In this document: piece after piece, positions 51,601 to 60,100 of the stretch | Layout of the letters: each line of letters opens with the position of its first letter | Position numbering within the stretch: the first letter of the stretch is position 1 | Source: Ostrea edulis | Taxonomy: Eukaryota | Length of the DNA: 64,000 nt | Assembly (NCBI RefSeq): GCF_947568905.1 | Contig: NC_079169.1 | Location: forward strand, 55,428,001 to 55,492,000 | Reading direction: 5' to 3' | Made by a program: the position numbers and the translations under genes | The notes under the pieces: generated by a model | The model's input: only the letters and a program-made list of their open reading frames with translations | Told to the model about the DNA's origin: nothing | The model's database searches: none

Positions 51601-54600
51601 AATCTTAGGATCATTACAGCATATCTAAAAGCAAATATAACTTACCTGTTGTTGTCGTAGCTAAAAAGTGAAATAGCATTGGTTATACTGAACTGTGACT
51701 CTGTCACACCGAGTTTCATTTTAAAGGGACATGATCTCTTTACACAACCAGTATTTTGAATACAAGGGAGAACAAGTACAAGGTGTCACAGAATATCTGA
51801 TACATTTTTTTAAATACGTCATTACATAAAAGATTAAAAGTTGTAAACTGTAGCTCAATTAAGGAGGAATGCTACACCAGATATAGGTATAGGGCTCACG
51901 GCAGGTGTGACCGGTCGACAGGGAATGTTTACTCCTCCTAGGCACCTGATCCCACCTCTGGTATATCCAGGGGTCCGTGTTTGTCCAACTTTTTATTTTG
52001 TATTGCTTGTGGGATTTATGAGATAGATCACTGTTCGTTATCTTCACTTTTCACCAGAGAAATTTGATATGGACGAAAAGTGAAGGATGTGTACAACAAT
52101 ATTTTTAAATTGAAAACTTTCAAATTTACTTTATTTAGTCAAAAATTTGCAGTTTTAGTAGAAAGCAATCTGGGTAAAACTTCAAAACAAACCCTATTGG
52201 ACTCGAACCCGCGATCTACAGTTCAGCTGTCGACGTGCTATCCTACTAAGCTACTCAGTTAAGTAATAATTTTTGAAAGGAATATAGAAATAATGCTGAT
52301 ATTTATATTTTCATTCATGTTTTAAAAGGAAGTCAGTCATTATGAAGATATAGAGTACCTCCTTAAAAGGTGAATCCATCAAATAATGTTCAGCTGAAAA
52401 CTTCGGGAAAATATATACTTTCCTGTGCATTATGGTGTCACAAAATTGCATATATTTAAATGATCAAACTTAATTCCATGCATGATGAATCTGTCAAGGG
52501 AACAGGCTTCTTCTGTTTTAAAACTGTACTACCAAACACAGTCCCCAGTGACTGTGATAAGTATAATGAGAAAACAATACCCTGAGGTAAAACAACTCAG
52601 CAAGCAACAAATTTTTCGATTAGTCATAAGATTTGAAAAATTGGGATCCGTACAAGACAGCAGACATTTCAATGAAGTCAGTCAAAAAGGAGGACACCAT
52701 ACAGGAGGTGAGAAAAATGAAGAAACTCCTCAAAGGATTTCTTAGAAAAATGTCATAGGATGTGAGCGACAGTTATATGCAGCAGATCAAGCGTACACAT
52801 AATCTGAAAATTTGATCTCCATTTGAAACCATATAAAATATCCATTATGCAACATATCGAACAAAGTGATTTTGAAAGTCCCCTTATTTCTGCACACTGA
52901 TTCTGACTACGGATTACTCCGTTTACATGATCGGGATATAGGGCTCACGGCGGGTACGACCAGTCGACAGGGGATGGTTACTCCTCCTAGGCACCTGATC
53001 CCACCTCTGATATATTCAGGGGTCCGTATTTGCCCAACTCTATTTTGTATTACTTTTGGGAGTTATGAGAATTATCACTGCTAGTTATTTTCACCTTTTC
53101 ATGAAGAACAACATTGAAATTGTTGATGACAGACATTTCGTGTTCTGATGAAGCACATTTCTACCTAAATGGCACTGTAAATAGGGAAAATGCGTGTTAC
53201 TGGAGTAGTGAGAAACCAAATCTGTATCTGGAGAAACCCTTGAATGGGGAACAAGTGACAGTTTGGGCTGTTTTGAGTTCAAAGGGGGTAACCGGACCTT
53301 CCTTCTTTGAAAACAAGATGGTGACAGTGACCAGCATTCATTACCTTGAAGTTCTTTTTAAAAATCCTTCCCATTTTATTAAAAAAAAGAGAGAGGCATA
53401 AATCCAAAGGGAATCTGTTTTCAACAGGATGGGGCGACCAAACACACTACCCGAGTTTTACAGATTGGTTGCATGAAACATTTGATGGAATCTTCAATTT
53501 TTTTTCAAAACCCCAAATGTATGCTTCCCCCCCCCCTCATTCCACTAACCTGAACCCTTTCGATCTCTTTTTATGGGGGTATTTGAAAGATTGGGTATAC
53601 AATCCACAGCCAGACTTTGTAGCAGAACTCGAATTCTCAATTTGGAAAGAAATGCGGAGGATTTCAGATGAGACAGCATCTGCTGTCAGAAGGTTCACAC
53701 ACCGACTGGATATTGTTACTGCTAAAAAGGATGTCATTTAGAGCATATTCTGTAAATTTGTTGGGATTTTTTAAATATCACTTACTCTGTAATTAACATA
53801 TGCATGGTTTTTAATTTTATATGTATATTCATACAAATACATTTGGTTTGTTGTTAGGAAAACATAATCAAAAGTTAATCAAAGAGGAAATGGTATCAGA
53901 TATTCTGGGACACCCTGTTTCCTTGTGTACTGTATATGTAATCTTCTGAGTATTTACACACACAGTCCCCAAGCTTTATCTATCAGCTTTAAAACTTGAA
54001 GTGAAATTAGCTGATGTACGAGTTTAGTACAATGAACACAATGCTCTTGTTTTACAATAACATGTAGAAATGTATGTTTATGAAGAATACACAATTATCA
54101 AAACACGTGTACATATTTTAAAGAACACTGGAAGCAAAGTATCCGGTCGTAACTGGACGTCGAACCCCATGGATCGTGCATTATGGGCGCAATCACCCAC
54201 CCATTCATGCATGCATCATCTTCTAACTTCATGTATATCCTGTGTTTTGAGGAGATAAAAATAAATTATTGAGACGTTTAGCCTCGTTTCATTATTAGTG
54301 ACTGTATCAAAAGATAACTTACGTGTTGTCGGTGGTGCTACAAAATGTGAGTACAATGCATGTATATCTGGTTAAAAATAAATATCATTCATATTACAAA
54401 AGTTTACACCATTTGCTGACTGATAAACGTAGAGTATTATTCGGGGAAATACAGGTCATTTACAATGAGCTCAAATAGATATGGATCAAATGAACAACAC
54501 TATAATATTGTACTCAGTTACTGAATTGGCGTGGTACCATTTTGTTTCCTTAGATTACCATAGTCATTGCATGTGCTGTTGACGGTTTCGTTCAATTAAA

Positions 54601-56885
54601 AAAATTATATTGTGGAAAAAACACGTTGCTGTATAAAAAGGATTTCAAAATAATCCATATCCTGGCAAAACTTACGTTCAGTTGTTGGGGCTGAAAAAGA
54701 AAGGTATAAAATCGCCAAGGCTCGGGAAATATCAAAACCGCTAACTCATTTCATATGCCCTAAGCACTCGTTCAAGATCCGCTATATCAAATATTAATCA
54801 AGATTTTCGCACATAAATAACAAGATTATCGATTATACAGCTATATTTTTGCATATAGATAACAAGATTATCGAATTAAAATCAATATTTTTGAATACAG
54901 ATAACAAGGTTATCGAATGTAAAATATCGCAACATTTTACACACACCATAAACGTCATTACATTATACTCTCTGAAAGTGAGGATATTTTACGTGCTGTT
55001 GTCATACCTAATACAAATATAATACAATTACAGCTATGGTGAGAGTTTTAACAATAATGTTCATTCCATGCTTTCTTTAAATTTGTTGTTTTATGACCAA
55101 TTTGAAAAAATTCACATTTCAATTCACCATTACAATGAACATCATCGTATTCCTGCAGTCTTTTAACACTATTTACAGTAGTTCAGATGACTCTTTTAAC
55201 ACTATTTACAGTAGTTCAGATGACTCTTTTAACACTATTTACAGTAGTTCAGATGACTCTTTTAACACTATTTACAGTAGTTCAGATGACTCTTTTAACA
55301 CTACACTTGTATTTACAGTAGTTCAGATGACTCTTTTAACACTATTTACAGTAGTTCAGATGACTCTTTTAACACTATTTACAGTAGTTCAGATGACTCT
55401 TTTAACACTACACTTGTATTTACAGTAGTTCAGATGACTCTTTTAACACTATTTACAGTAGTTCAGATGATTCTTTTAACACCATTTACAGTAGTTCAGA
55501 TGACTACTATACCACAACTTGGTCCATGACTGTACAATAGACTTAAACTGGAAAACAAACCTACCAACAGTGGACGTGCCTGAAAATGTTATATTCAATG
55601 TATCCCCAAGGGAGATTTTAAGTGTAAATCGGTATCATTTTGAGTAAAATTCAATTAATATGGAAACTCATCAGTACATGTATTCTGGGTGTAAACAGTG
55701 ACAAGTCTATCTTATAGTTTCAATCGTTAACAGAAAATCGTGGCGCTAAAATAAATGGGTTTATTTTTTAAAATGTAAAATGAAATTATCTACCGATTAC
55801 GATATGAGACTTATATGCATTATTCATACAAATGATAATACGTGTAGTCATTGGCATAAGAAATTATACTGGTTACCTTGAGTTAGCAGTGAAGATCTTT
55901 GTTATAAATTTTAATATTTTACTCGCTAAATGCCATATTTGATAGCCCGTGGGGATCCGGGTTAAAACAGGTCCTCAGTACCCTTTGCTTGTCGTAAGAG
56001 GCGACTAAATGAAGGGTCCTTCGGAAGAGACCGTAAAATCCTAGGCCCCGTGTAACAGCAGGTGTGGCACGATAAAGATCTCTCCCTGCTCAAAGGCCGT
56101 AAGCACCAAGTACGAGGGCTGTTCGATATGTAATGTGTATTGTACCACAGCGCGATAACGCTTTCCACGATTTCGTGGATGATGATACTCTTGAATAGCT
56201 CTATTCAATACCTTTCCAACGGTATAAACACGAGCCTTCAGCTCCACATAGTTTTAAACTTATAGTCATTTCAATAGAGCCAGTCGTTGACCACTGTTGT
56301 AAAAAAGGTTGGGAAACGGGTTGAGAATATTGAAGAAATTAGAGCTTATACAAAAGTTCGCACAAAACTCGGTCATTCGGTAATGCAGATTTTTACTGAA
56401 TTGAGGGAAGTTTATGGGTCTGATAATGTATCTTATGAGACAGTTCGTAAGTGGAGAAAGAAATTTCTGACTGGCACAGAGTCCGTCAAAGATGCAGCAA
56501 AATTGGCCTACCTGTGACTGTAACAGGCAAGGCAAACGTCTCAAAAGTCAGGGAAATAATTGAAAGTGATGGCAGATACACGATTCGTGATACTACCAAA
56601 GCTGTTGGCATATCACTATCGCGGGTGCATTTCATTTTGAAGCGTATTTTGAAAGTACGAAAGATTTCTACCAGATGGATACCGCATATATTGACAGATG
56701 ACCAAAAACGGGTACGAGTACAAATCGCTAAGCAATTGCACAAAATGTTTCCCAAATTCAATCAAAGACAATTTGCAAACATTGTTACTAGTGACGAAAC
56801 ATGGGTTCACTATTTCGAACCAATAAGAAAAATTGGAAACAAAATATGGCTAACATAACTGCCCTAAGAGAAGAATTATTAGATA

Positions 56886-56948
<63 letters not shown>

Positions 56949-57943
56949 TTGTATTTGTGGCCTGTTTTATGCAGAATAGCCCCATCTTTTTTGCCATTTG
57001 TACTCCATTATTATATTTTTTATGTTTTCATATCCATAATTGTGAATTGCTAGTCTAGATAAGATAAATGTTACTTTAATTCCAACAAGTATGACATTTA
57101 TATTTTGAATACTGTGATTTTGTTTGGCACTTGTAATAAATGCTAATTTCAACACAATCTGACTTAGTACTTATTTAGTAAAACTTAGCCAAAAACTTAG
57201 CAGAGTAGACTCATGGAGATGTTTAGGGAGGAAAACATAANNNNNNNNNNNNNNNNNNNNNNNNNNNNNNNNNNNNNNNNNNNNNNNNNNNNNNNNNNNN
57301 NNNNNNNNNNNNNNNNNNNNNNNNNNNNNNNNNNNNNNNNNNNNNNNNNNNNNNNNNNNNNNNNNNNNNNNNNNNNNNNNNNNNNATAGAAATGAAAGTC
57401 ACCTAAAGTTATAAGATATACTGAAGACGGCAAACTTAGTTAATTATTTCATCAGTGTAATTGACAAAAGTGGCATACCTATTGTAGACAAGCAGTGACA
57501 GGCGCTACCGCCCTGGCTGTGGCTGCAATGAGGCATGGTTTCCCCTGTACAGGTGCAATCTGTATCTTCAAAGCAGGCTAAAATAGACGTATATCATTTT
57601 TAACGAACAAACCAACAAAACATGTACACTAAAAATTCAGTTGTCAAATTTTCAAAGGACCCGAACGTGTGGCCTTTTCAATGAAATTTCCAAAAAATGC
57701 GTCAATTTTTTAAACTGTTTACCATAAATACATTTGAACATAAAACCTGAAATCTCCAAAACACATCGACATTTGTCAGAAATAGAACCACATTTTATCA
57801 AAAGATGATAATAAAAGTACCTTTGCAATCACAGTCAGTCCAATAAAGGAGTAGAAAATTATAATGTCTGCAGTGTTGAAAAGGAGTTTCTTTTGGACAG
57901 AGGTTGAGGCAGTCAGCATCTACTTCGCAATGAGTTTTGGCAT
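24650..57943 (-). CDS. Multi-exon secreted mucin-like gene (5' incomplete): four six-Cys modules, 20 x 15-nt micro-exons, Ser/Thr exon, C-terminal Ly6/uPAR-like domain
   Basis: Exons in transcript order: 57943-57821, 57577-57479, 55579-55565, 55007-54993, 54690-54676, 54337-54323, 51660-51646, 51211-51197, 50945-50931, 50472-50458, 49990-49976, 49722-49708, 49241-49227, 48801-48787, 48549-48535, 45480-45466, 42456-42325, 38918-38904, 37159-37145, 36985-36971, 32291-32277, 31689-31555, 28387-28373, 27768-27754, 25996-25808, 25120-24961, 24830-24650. All have AG acceptors and GT/GC donors. The joined 1319 nt read as a single stop-free frame ending in TAG at 24652-24650. Confidence 0.8.
25808..25996 (-). 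CDS. Ser/Thr-rich linker exon (189 nt, phase 1-1)
   Basis: Acceptor TGTTTTTATTTACATCAG|CA, donor CAG|GTATAT. Encodes [63 protein letters not shown]. Confidence 0.8.
27258..27369. repeat. 30-bp tandem repeat x3-4 (ACTACTGTTAAACAATAGTAAACAATTTAC)
   Basis: Directly visible units. Confidence 0.9.
27754..28387 (-). CDS. Micro-exons 19 and 20 (28387-28373 VPTTE; 27768-27754 STSTS)
   Basis: CTTTATTTCAG|TACCAACAACTGAAA|GTAAGT and TTTTTCTGTAG|GTACATCTACTTCTG|GTAAGT. Confidence 0.85.
28535..29546. repeat. Minisatellite, 51-bp unit AGTGACCTAGCTTTCTCTAGTTATTACTCGGTGCTGTTCTGTCTGTTTTAC, about 20 copies
   Basis: Tandem periodicity. The 17-codon repeating ORFs at 28815-29621 are artefacts of it. Confidence 0.97.
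29988..30031 (-). ncRNA. Minimal type I hammerhead ribozyme within a Penelope-like element LTR-like fragment (~29960-30225)
   Basis: GCATCA-CTGAAGA-GACA TTATT TGTC-GAAA-TGCGCATC-TGGTGC: CUGANGA and GAAA cores, 4-bp stem II, 6-bp stem I, palindromic ATGCGCAT stem III, AUC cleavage triplet. Confidence 0.85.
31555..31689 (-). CDS. Six-cysteine module exon 4 (135 nt, phase 1-1)
   Basis: TTACGTTTCAG|CC...ACAG|GTCGGT. Encodes [44 protein letters not shown]. Near-identical to the exon at 42325-42456. Confidence 0.85.
31727..32160. repeat. Degenerate ~30-bp minisatellite (ACACGATGATCCTCTGAACAACAACAAAAA)
   Basis: About 13 units directly upstream (in transcript direction) of the 31689 acceptor. Confidence 0.9.
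32277..38918 (-). CDS. Micro-exons 15-18 (38918-38904 VPTTD; 37159-37145 STTTR; 36985-36971 PPTTE; 32291-32277 TSTTI)
   Basis: TTCTTTTCCAG|TTCCAACAACTGATA|GTAAGT; TCATTTTAG|GTACGACTACAAGAC|GTAAGT; ATTTTTCAG|CTCCAACGACTGAAA|GTAAGT; TTTTTTTAG|CTTCAACGACAATTG|GTAAGT. Confidence 0.85.
33111..35561. repeat. Tandem direct duplication of ~1.23 kb (33111-34341 and 34342-~35561), each copy containing a SINE
   Basis: GCTTAAGCGCCCATCGATTGAG at 33111 and 34342. Paired ORFs 33886/35063 and 34146/35374 are nearly identical. Confidence 0.95.
36080..36620 (+). mobile_element. Tx1/L1-like LINE 3' remnant (RT-associated zinc-binding region)
   Basis: [44 protein letters not shown] (zf-RVT-like CxxC...H), frameshifted. 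Confidence 0.8.
38032..38364. mobile_element. TTAA-flanked non-autonomous DNA element (Kolobok-like) with an internal tRNA-like segment
   Basis: TTAA at 38028-38031 and 38365-38368. Imperfect TIRs GGTATCTCACTACAC / AGTGGCTCATTACAC. A/B-box-like TAGCTCAGTGG...GAGTTCAAATTCC at ~38142-38192. Confidence 0.6.
39519..39562 (+). ncRNA. Degenerate hammerhead ribozyme copy in a Penelope-like fragment (~39445-39590)
   Basis: ACATCACTGAAGAGACATTATTTGTCGAAAAGCGCATCTGGTGC: cores intact, stem III carries a T>A mismatch. Confidence 0.7.
40960..41190. repeat. Dispersed repeat, second copy at ~30600-30830; both lie just downstream of the paralogous Cys exons
   Basis: TTATATTTTGTATAGATACCTGTTGGTAG...CAATACACCACTCGTG shared between the two sites. 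Confidence 0.85.
42325..42456 (-). CDS. Six-cysteine module exon 3 (132 nt, phase 1-1)
   Basis: ACTACATTCCAG|CC...ACAG|GTCAGT. Encodes [43 protein letters not shown]. Confidence 0.85.
43015..45175. mobile_element. Cluster of Penelope-like RT and tail fragments in opposite orientations
   Basis: + strand [12 protein letters not shown] at ~43186-43220. - strand [25 protein letters not shown] at ~44365-44440. - strand YISQLIRY-like C-terminus at ~45110-45140, followed by the conserved tail to 44712. Confidence 0.8.
45466..55579 (-). CDS. Micro-exons 1-14, encoding GTSTV GMTTA PPTTE PPPTT PTTTT ATTTI PSTTE TTTTT ATTTI PSTTE TTTST PTTTI RTSTA APTTE
   Basis: Each is exactly 15 nt between a pyrimidine tract+AG and GTAAGT, GTAGGT, GTAAAA or GCAAGT. 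Examples: TTTTTCAG|CCCCAACAACTGAAC|GTAAGT (54690-54676) and TTTTGTAG|GTACGTCCACTGCTG|GTAAGT (48549-48535). Confidence 0.85.
46200..46830 (-). mobile_element. Tx1/L1-like LINE remnant
   Basis: [15 protein letters not shown] at ~46725-46770 and ORF 46265-46684 ([16 protein letters not shown]...[18 protein letters not shown]). Confidence 0.85.
48157..48480 (+). mobile_element. Near full-length tRNA-derived SINE
   Basis: Head GTCGCGGTAGCTCAGTGGTAGAG...GAGTTCGAACCCC (A and B boxes), followed by the GAGGTCCCGTGTC domain and 3' body shared with other SINE copies. A truncated head is at ~31119-31168. Confidence 0.85.
48720..51730. repeat. Tandem triplication of a ~1.2-kb unit carrying micro-exons
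   Basis: Paralogous exon spacings: 48787/49976/51197, 49227/50458/51646, 49708/50931. Intron sequence is highly similar between units. Confidence 0.93.
51779..53917 (+). mobile_element. Decayed IS630/Tc1/mariner transposon (DUF4817-type HTH plus DDD/E domain) with nested insertions
   Basis: TIRs CAAGGTGTCACAGAATATCTGATAC (51779-51803, after TA) and GTATCAGATATTCTGGGACACCCTG (53893-53917). Fragments MNLSREQ...[44 protein letters not shown], with frameshifts. Confidence 0.9.
51863..52362. mobile_element. TTAA-flanked non-autonomous element (Kolobok-like) nested in the Tc1/mariner copy
   Basis: TTAA|GGAGGAATG...GTACCTCC|TTAA. Contains a Penelope-tail fragment and a - strand tRNA-like segment (TAGCTTAGTAGG...GGTTCGAGTCC, ~52196-52257). 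Confidence 0.65.
55155..55505. repeat. Minisatellite, 33-bp unit TTTACAGTAGTTCAGATGACTCTTTTAACACTA, about 10 copies
   Basis: Tandem periodicity, which produces the repetitive ORF 55093-55428. Confidence 0.95.
56111..56858 (+). mobile_element. Mariner transposon 5' half (frameshifted, 3'-truncated) inserted into a SINE
   Basis: TA+CGAGGG TIR start. HTH region [12 protein letters not shown]...LREVYG...VRKWRKKF, then RWIPHILT and [15 protein letters not shown]. Ends before the second catalytic Asp. Confidence 0.9.
57241..57385. other. Assembly gap (145 N) inside an intron of the micro-exon gene
   Basis: Run of N. Confidence 1.
57479..57577 (-). CDS. Six-cysteine module exon 2 (99 nt, phase 1-1)
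   Basis: CTATTTTAG|CC...ATAG|GTATGC. Encodes [33 protein letters not shown]. Confidence 0.85.
   Translation of the reverse strand, partial: PALKIQIAPVQGKPCLIAATARAVAPVTACLQ
57821..57943 (-). CDS. Six-cysteine module exon 1 (123 nt, phase 1-1)
   Basis: TTATTTCCTATATAAG|AT...AAAG|GTACTT. Encodes [40 protein letters not shown]. Confidence 0.8.
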
Positions 57944-60100
57944 CTTATATAGGAAATAAAAAACAATAATAAGTGTACATATTATATAGAAATAAAAAAC
58001 AACGATAAGTTTACATCTTACATAGGAAATAAAAAAAACAACAGTAAATGTACATCTTATATAGGAAATAAAAAACAACGGCAAGTGTACATCTCATATA
58101 GGAAATAAAAAACAACGGTAAGTGTACATCTTATATAGGAAACAAAAAACAATGGTAAGTGTACATCTTAAATAGGAAATAAAAAAACAACGGTAAGTGT
58201 ACATCTTAAATAGGAAATAAAAAACAACGGTAAGTGTACATCTTAAATAGGAAATAAAAAAACAACGGTAAGTGTACATATTATATAGGAAATAAAAAAA
58301 CAACGGTACGTGTACATCTTAAATAGGAAATAAAAAACAACGGCAAGTGTACATCTCATATAGGAAATAAAAAACAACGGTAAGTGTACATCTTAAATAG
58401 GAAATAAAAAACAACGGTAAGTGTACATCTTAAATAGGAAATAAAAACAACGGTAAGTGTACATATTATATAGGAAATAAAAAACAACGGTAAGTGTACA
58501 TCTTAAATAGGAAATAAAAGAACAACGGTAAGTGTACATATTATATAGGAAATAAAAAACAACGGCAAGTGTACATCTTATACTGAAATTAAAAAACAAC
58601 AACGGTAAATGCACATCTGCTGGTGGACTGTTAGTCCCCAAGGGTCTCTACAGCTCAGTAGCTAAGTACTTCGTTACTAGCTTGAAAATACGGATGTTTA
58701 TTTAATTGCTGGAATAAAATTTAGAAATTCATTTCAAAATTTAAGGATTATCTCCCTCATTTGGCTCCAGTTTTTGGCATTCTAGTTTTCCTTTTAGCTC
58801 TTACAAGTTTATTGTTATTTCGAAATTCCAAAATTTCGGCTTGAGCATCACTGAAGAGACATTATTTGTCGAAATACGCATCTGATGCATTAAAATTGGT
58901 ACCGCACAAGTTTTACATCTTTTACAGGAAATAAAGAAACAACGGCAAGTGTATATCTTATATAGGAAACAAAAAACAACGGTAAGTGTACATCTTAAAT
59001 AGGAAATAAAAAACAACGGTAAGTGTACATCTTAAATAGGAAATAAAAAACAACAGTAAATGTACATCTCATATAGGAAATAAAAAACAATGATAAGTGT
59101 ACATCTCATATAGGAAATAAAAAACAACGGTAAATATATATCTCATATAGGAAATAAAAAAACAATGGTAAGTGTACATCTTATTAGGAAATAAAAAACA
59201 ACGGTAAGTGTACATCTCATATAGGAAATAGAAAACAACGGTAAGTGTACATCTTATTAGGAAATAAAAAAAACAACGGTAAGTGTACATCTTATATAGG
59301 AAATAAAGAACAACGGTAGTGTACATATTATATAGGAAATAAAAAACAACAGTAAATGTACATCTCATATAGGAAATAAAAAACAACGGTAAGTGTACAT
59401 CTCATATAGGAAATAAAAAACAACGGTAGTGTACATATTATATAGGAAATAAAAAACAACAGTAAATGTACATCTCATATAGGAAATAAAAAACAACGGT
59501 AAGTGTACATCTTGTTAGGAAATAAAAAACAACGGTAAGTGTACATCTTGTTAGGAAATAAAAAACAACGGTAAGTGTACATCTTATATAGGAAATAAAA
59601 AACAACGGTAAGTGTACATCTCCTATAGGAAATAAAAAACAACGGTAAGTGTATATCTTACATAGGAAATAAAAATCAACGGTAAGTGTACATCTCATAT
59701 AGAAAATAAAAAACAACGGTAGTGTACATATTATATAGGAAATAAAAAACAACAGTAAATGTACATCTCATATAGGAAATAAAAAACAACGGTAAGTGTA
59801 CATATTATATAGGAAATAAAAAACAACGGTAAGTGTACATCTTATTAAGAAATAATAAACAACAATAAGTGTACATCTTATTAGGAAATAAAAAACAACG
59901 GTAAATGTACATCTTATATAGGAAATAAAAATCAACGGTAAGTGTACATCTGATTAGGAAATAAAAATCAACGGTAAGTGTACATCTGATTAGGAAATAA
60001 AAATCAACGGTAAGTGTACATCTGATTAGGAAATAAAAATCAACGGTAAGTGTACATCGTATATAGGAAATAAAAAACAACGATAAGTGTACATTTATGC
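57944..60100. repeat. Minisatellite, ~35-bp unit ATAGGAAATAAAAAACAACGGTAAGTGTACATCTT, about 50 copies, split by a Penelope-like insertion at ~58617-58919
   Basis: Tandem periodicity. The repetitive ORFs at 58094-60107 are artefacts. Confidence 0.97.
58845..58888 (+). ncRNA. Minimal type I hammerhead ribozyme in the Penelope-like insertion
   Basis: GCATCA-CTGAAGA-GACATTATTTGTC-GAAA-TACGCATC-TGATGC: stem I is fully Watson-Crick, stem III loop GCGC>ACGC. Confidence 0.8.

Noticed and set aside
1100-60100. Regular 31-51-bp tandem arrays as CRISPR arrays
   Set aside because: Units are head-to-tail with no unique spacers, the DNA is eukaryotic, and there are no cas genes. They are minisatellites.
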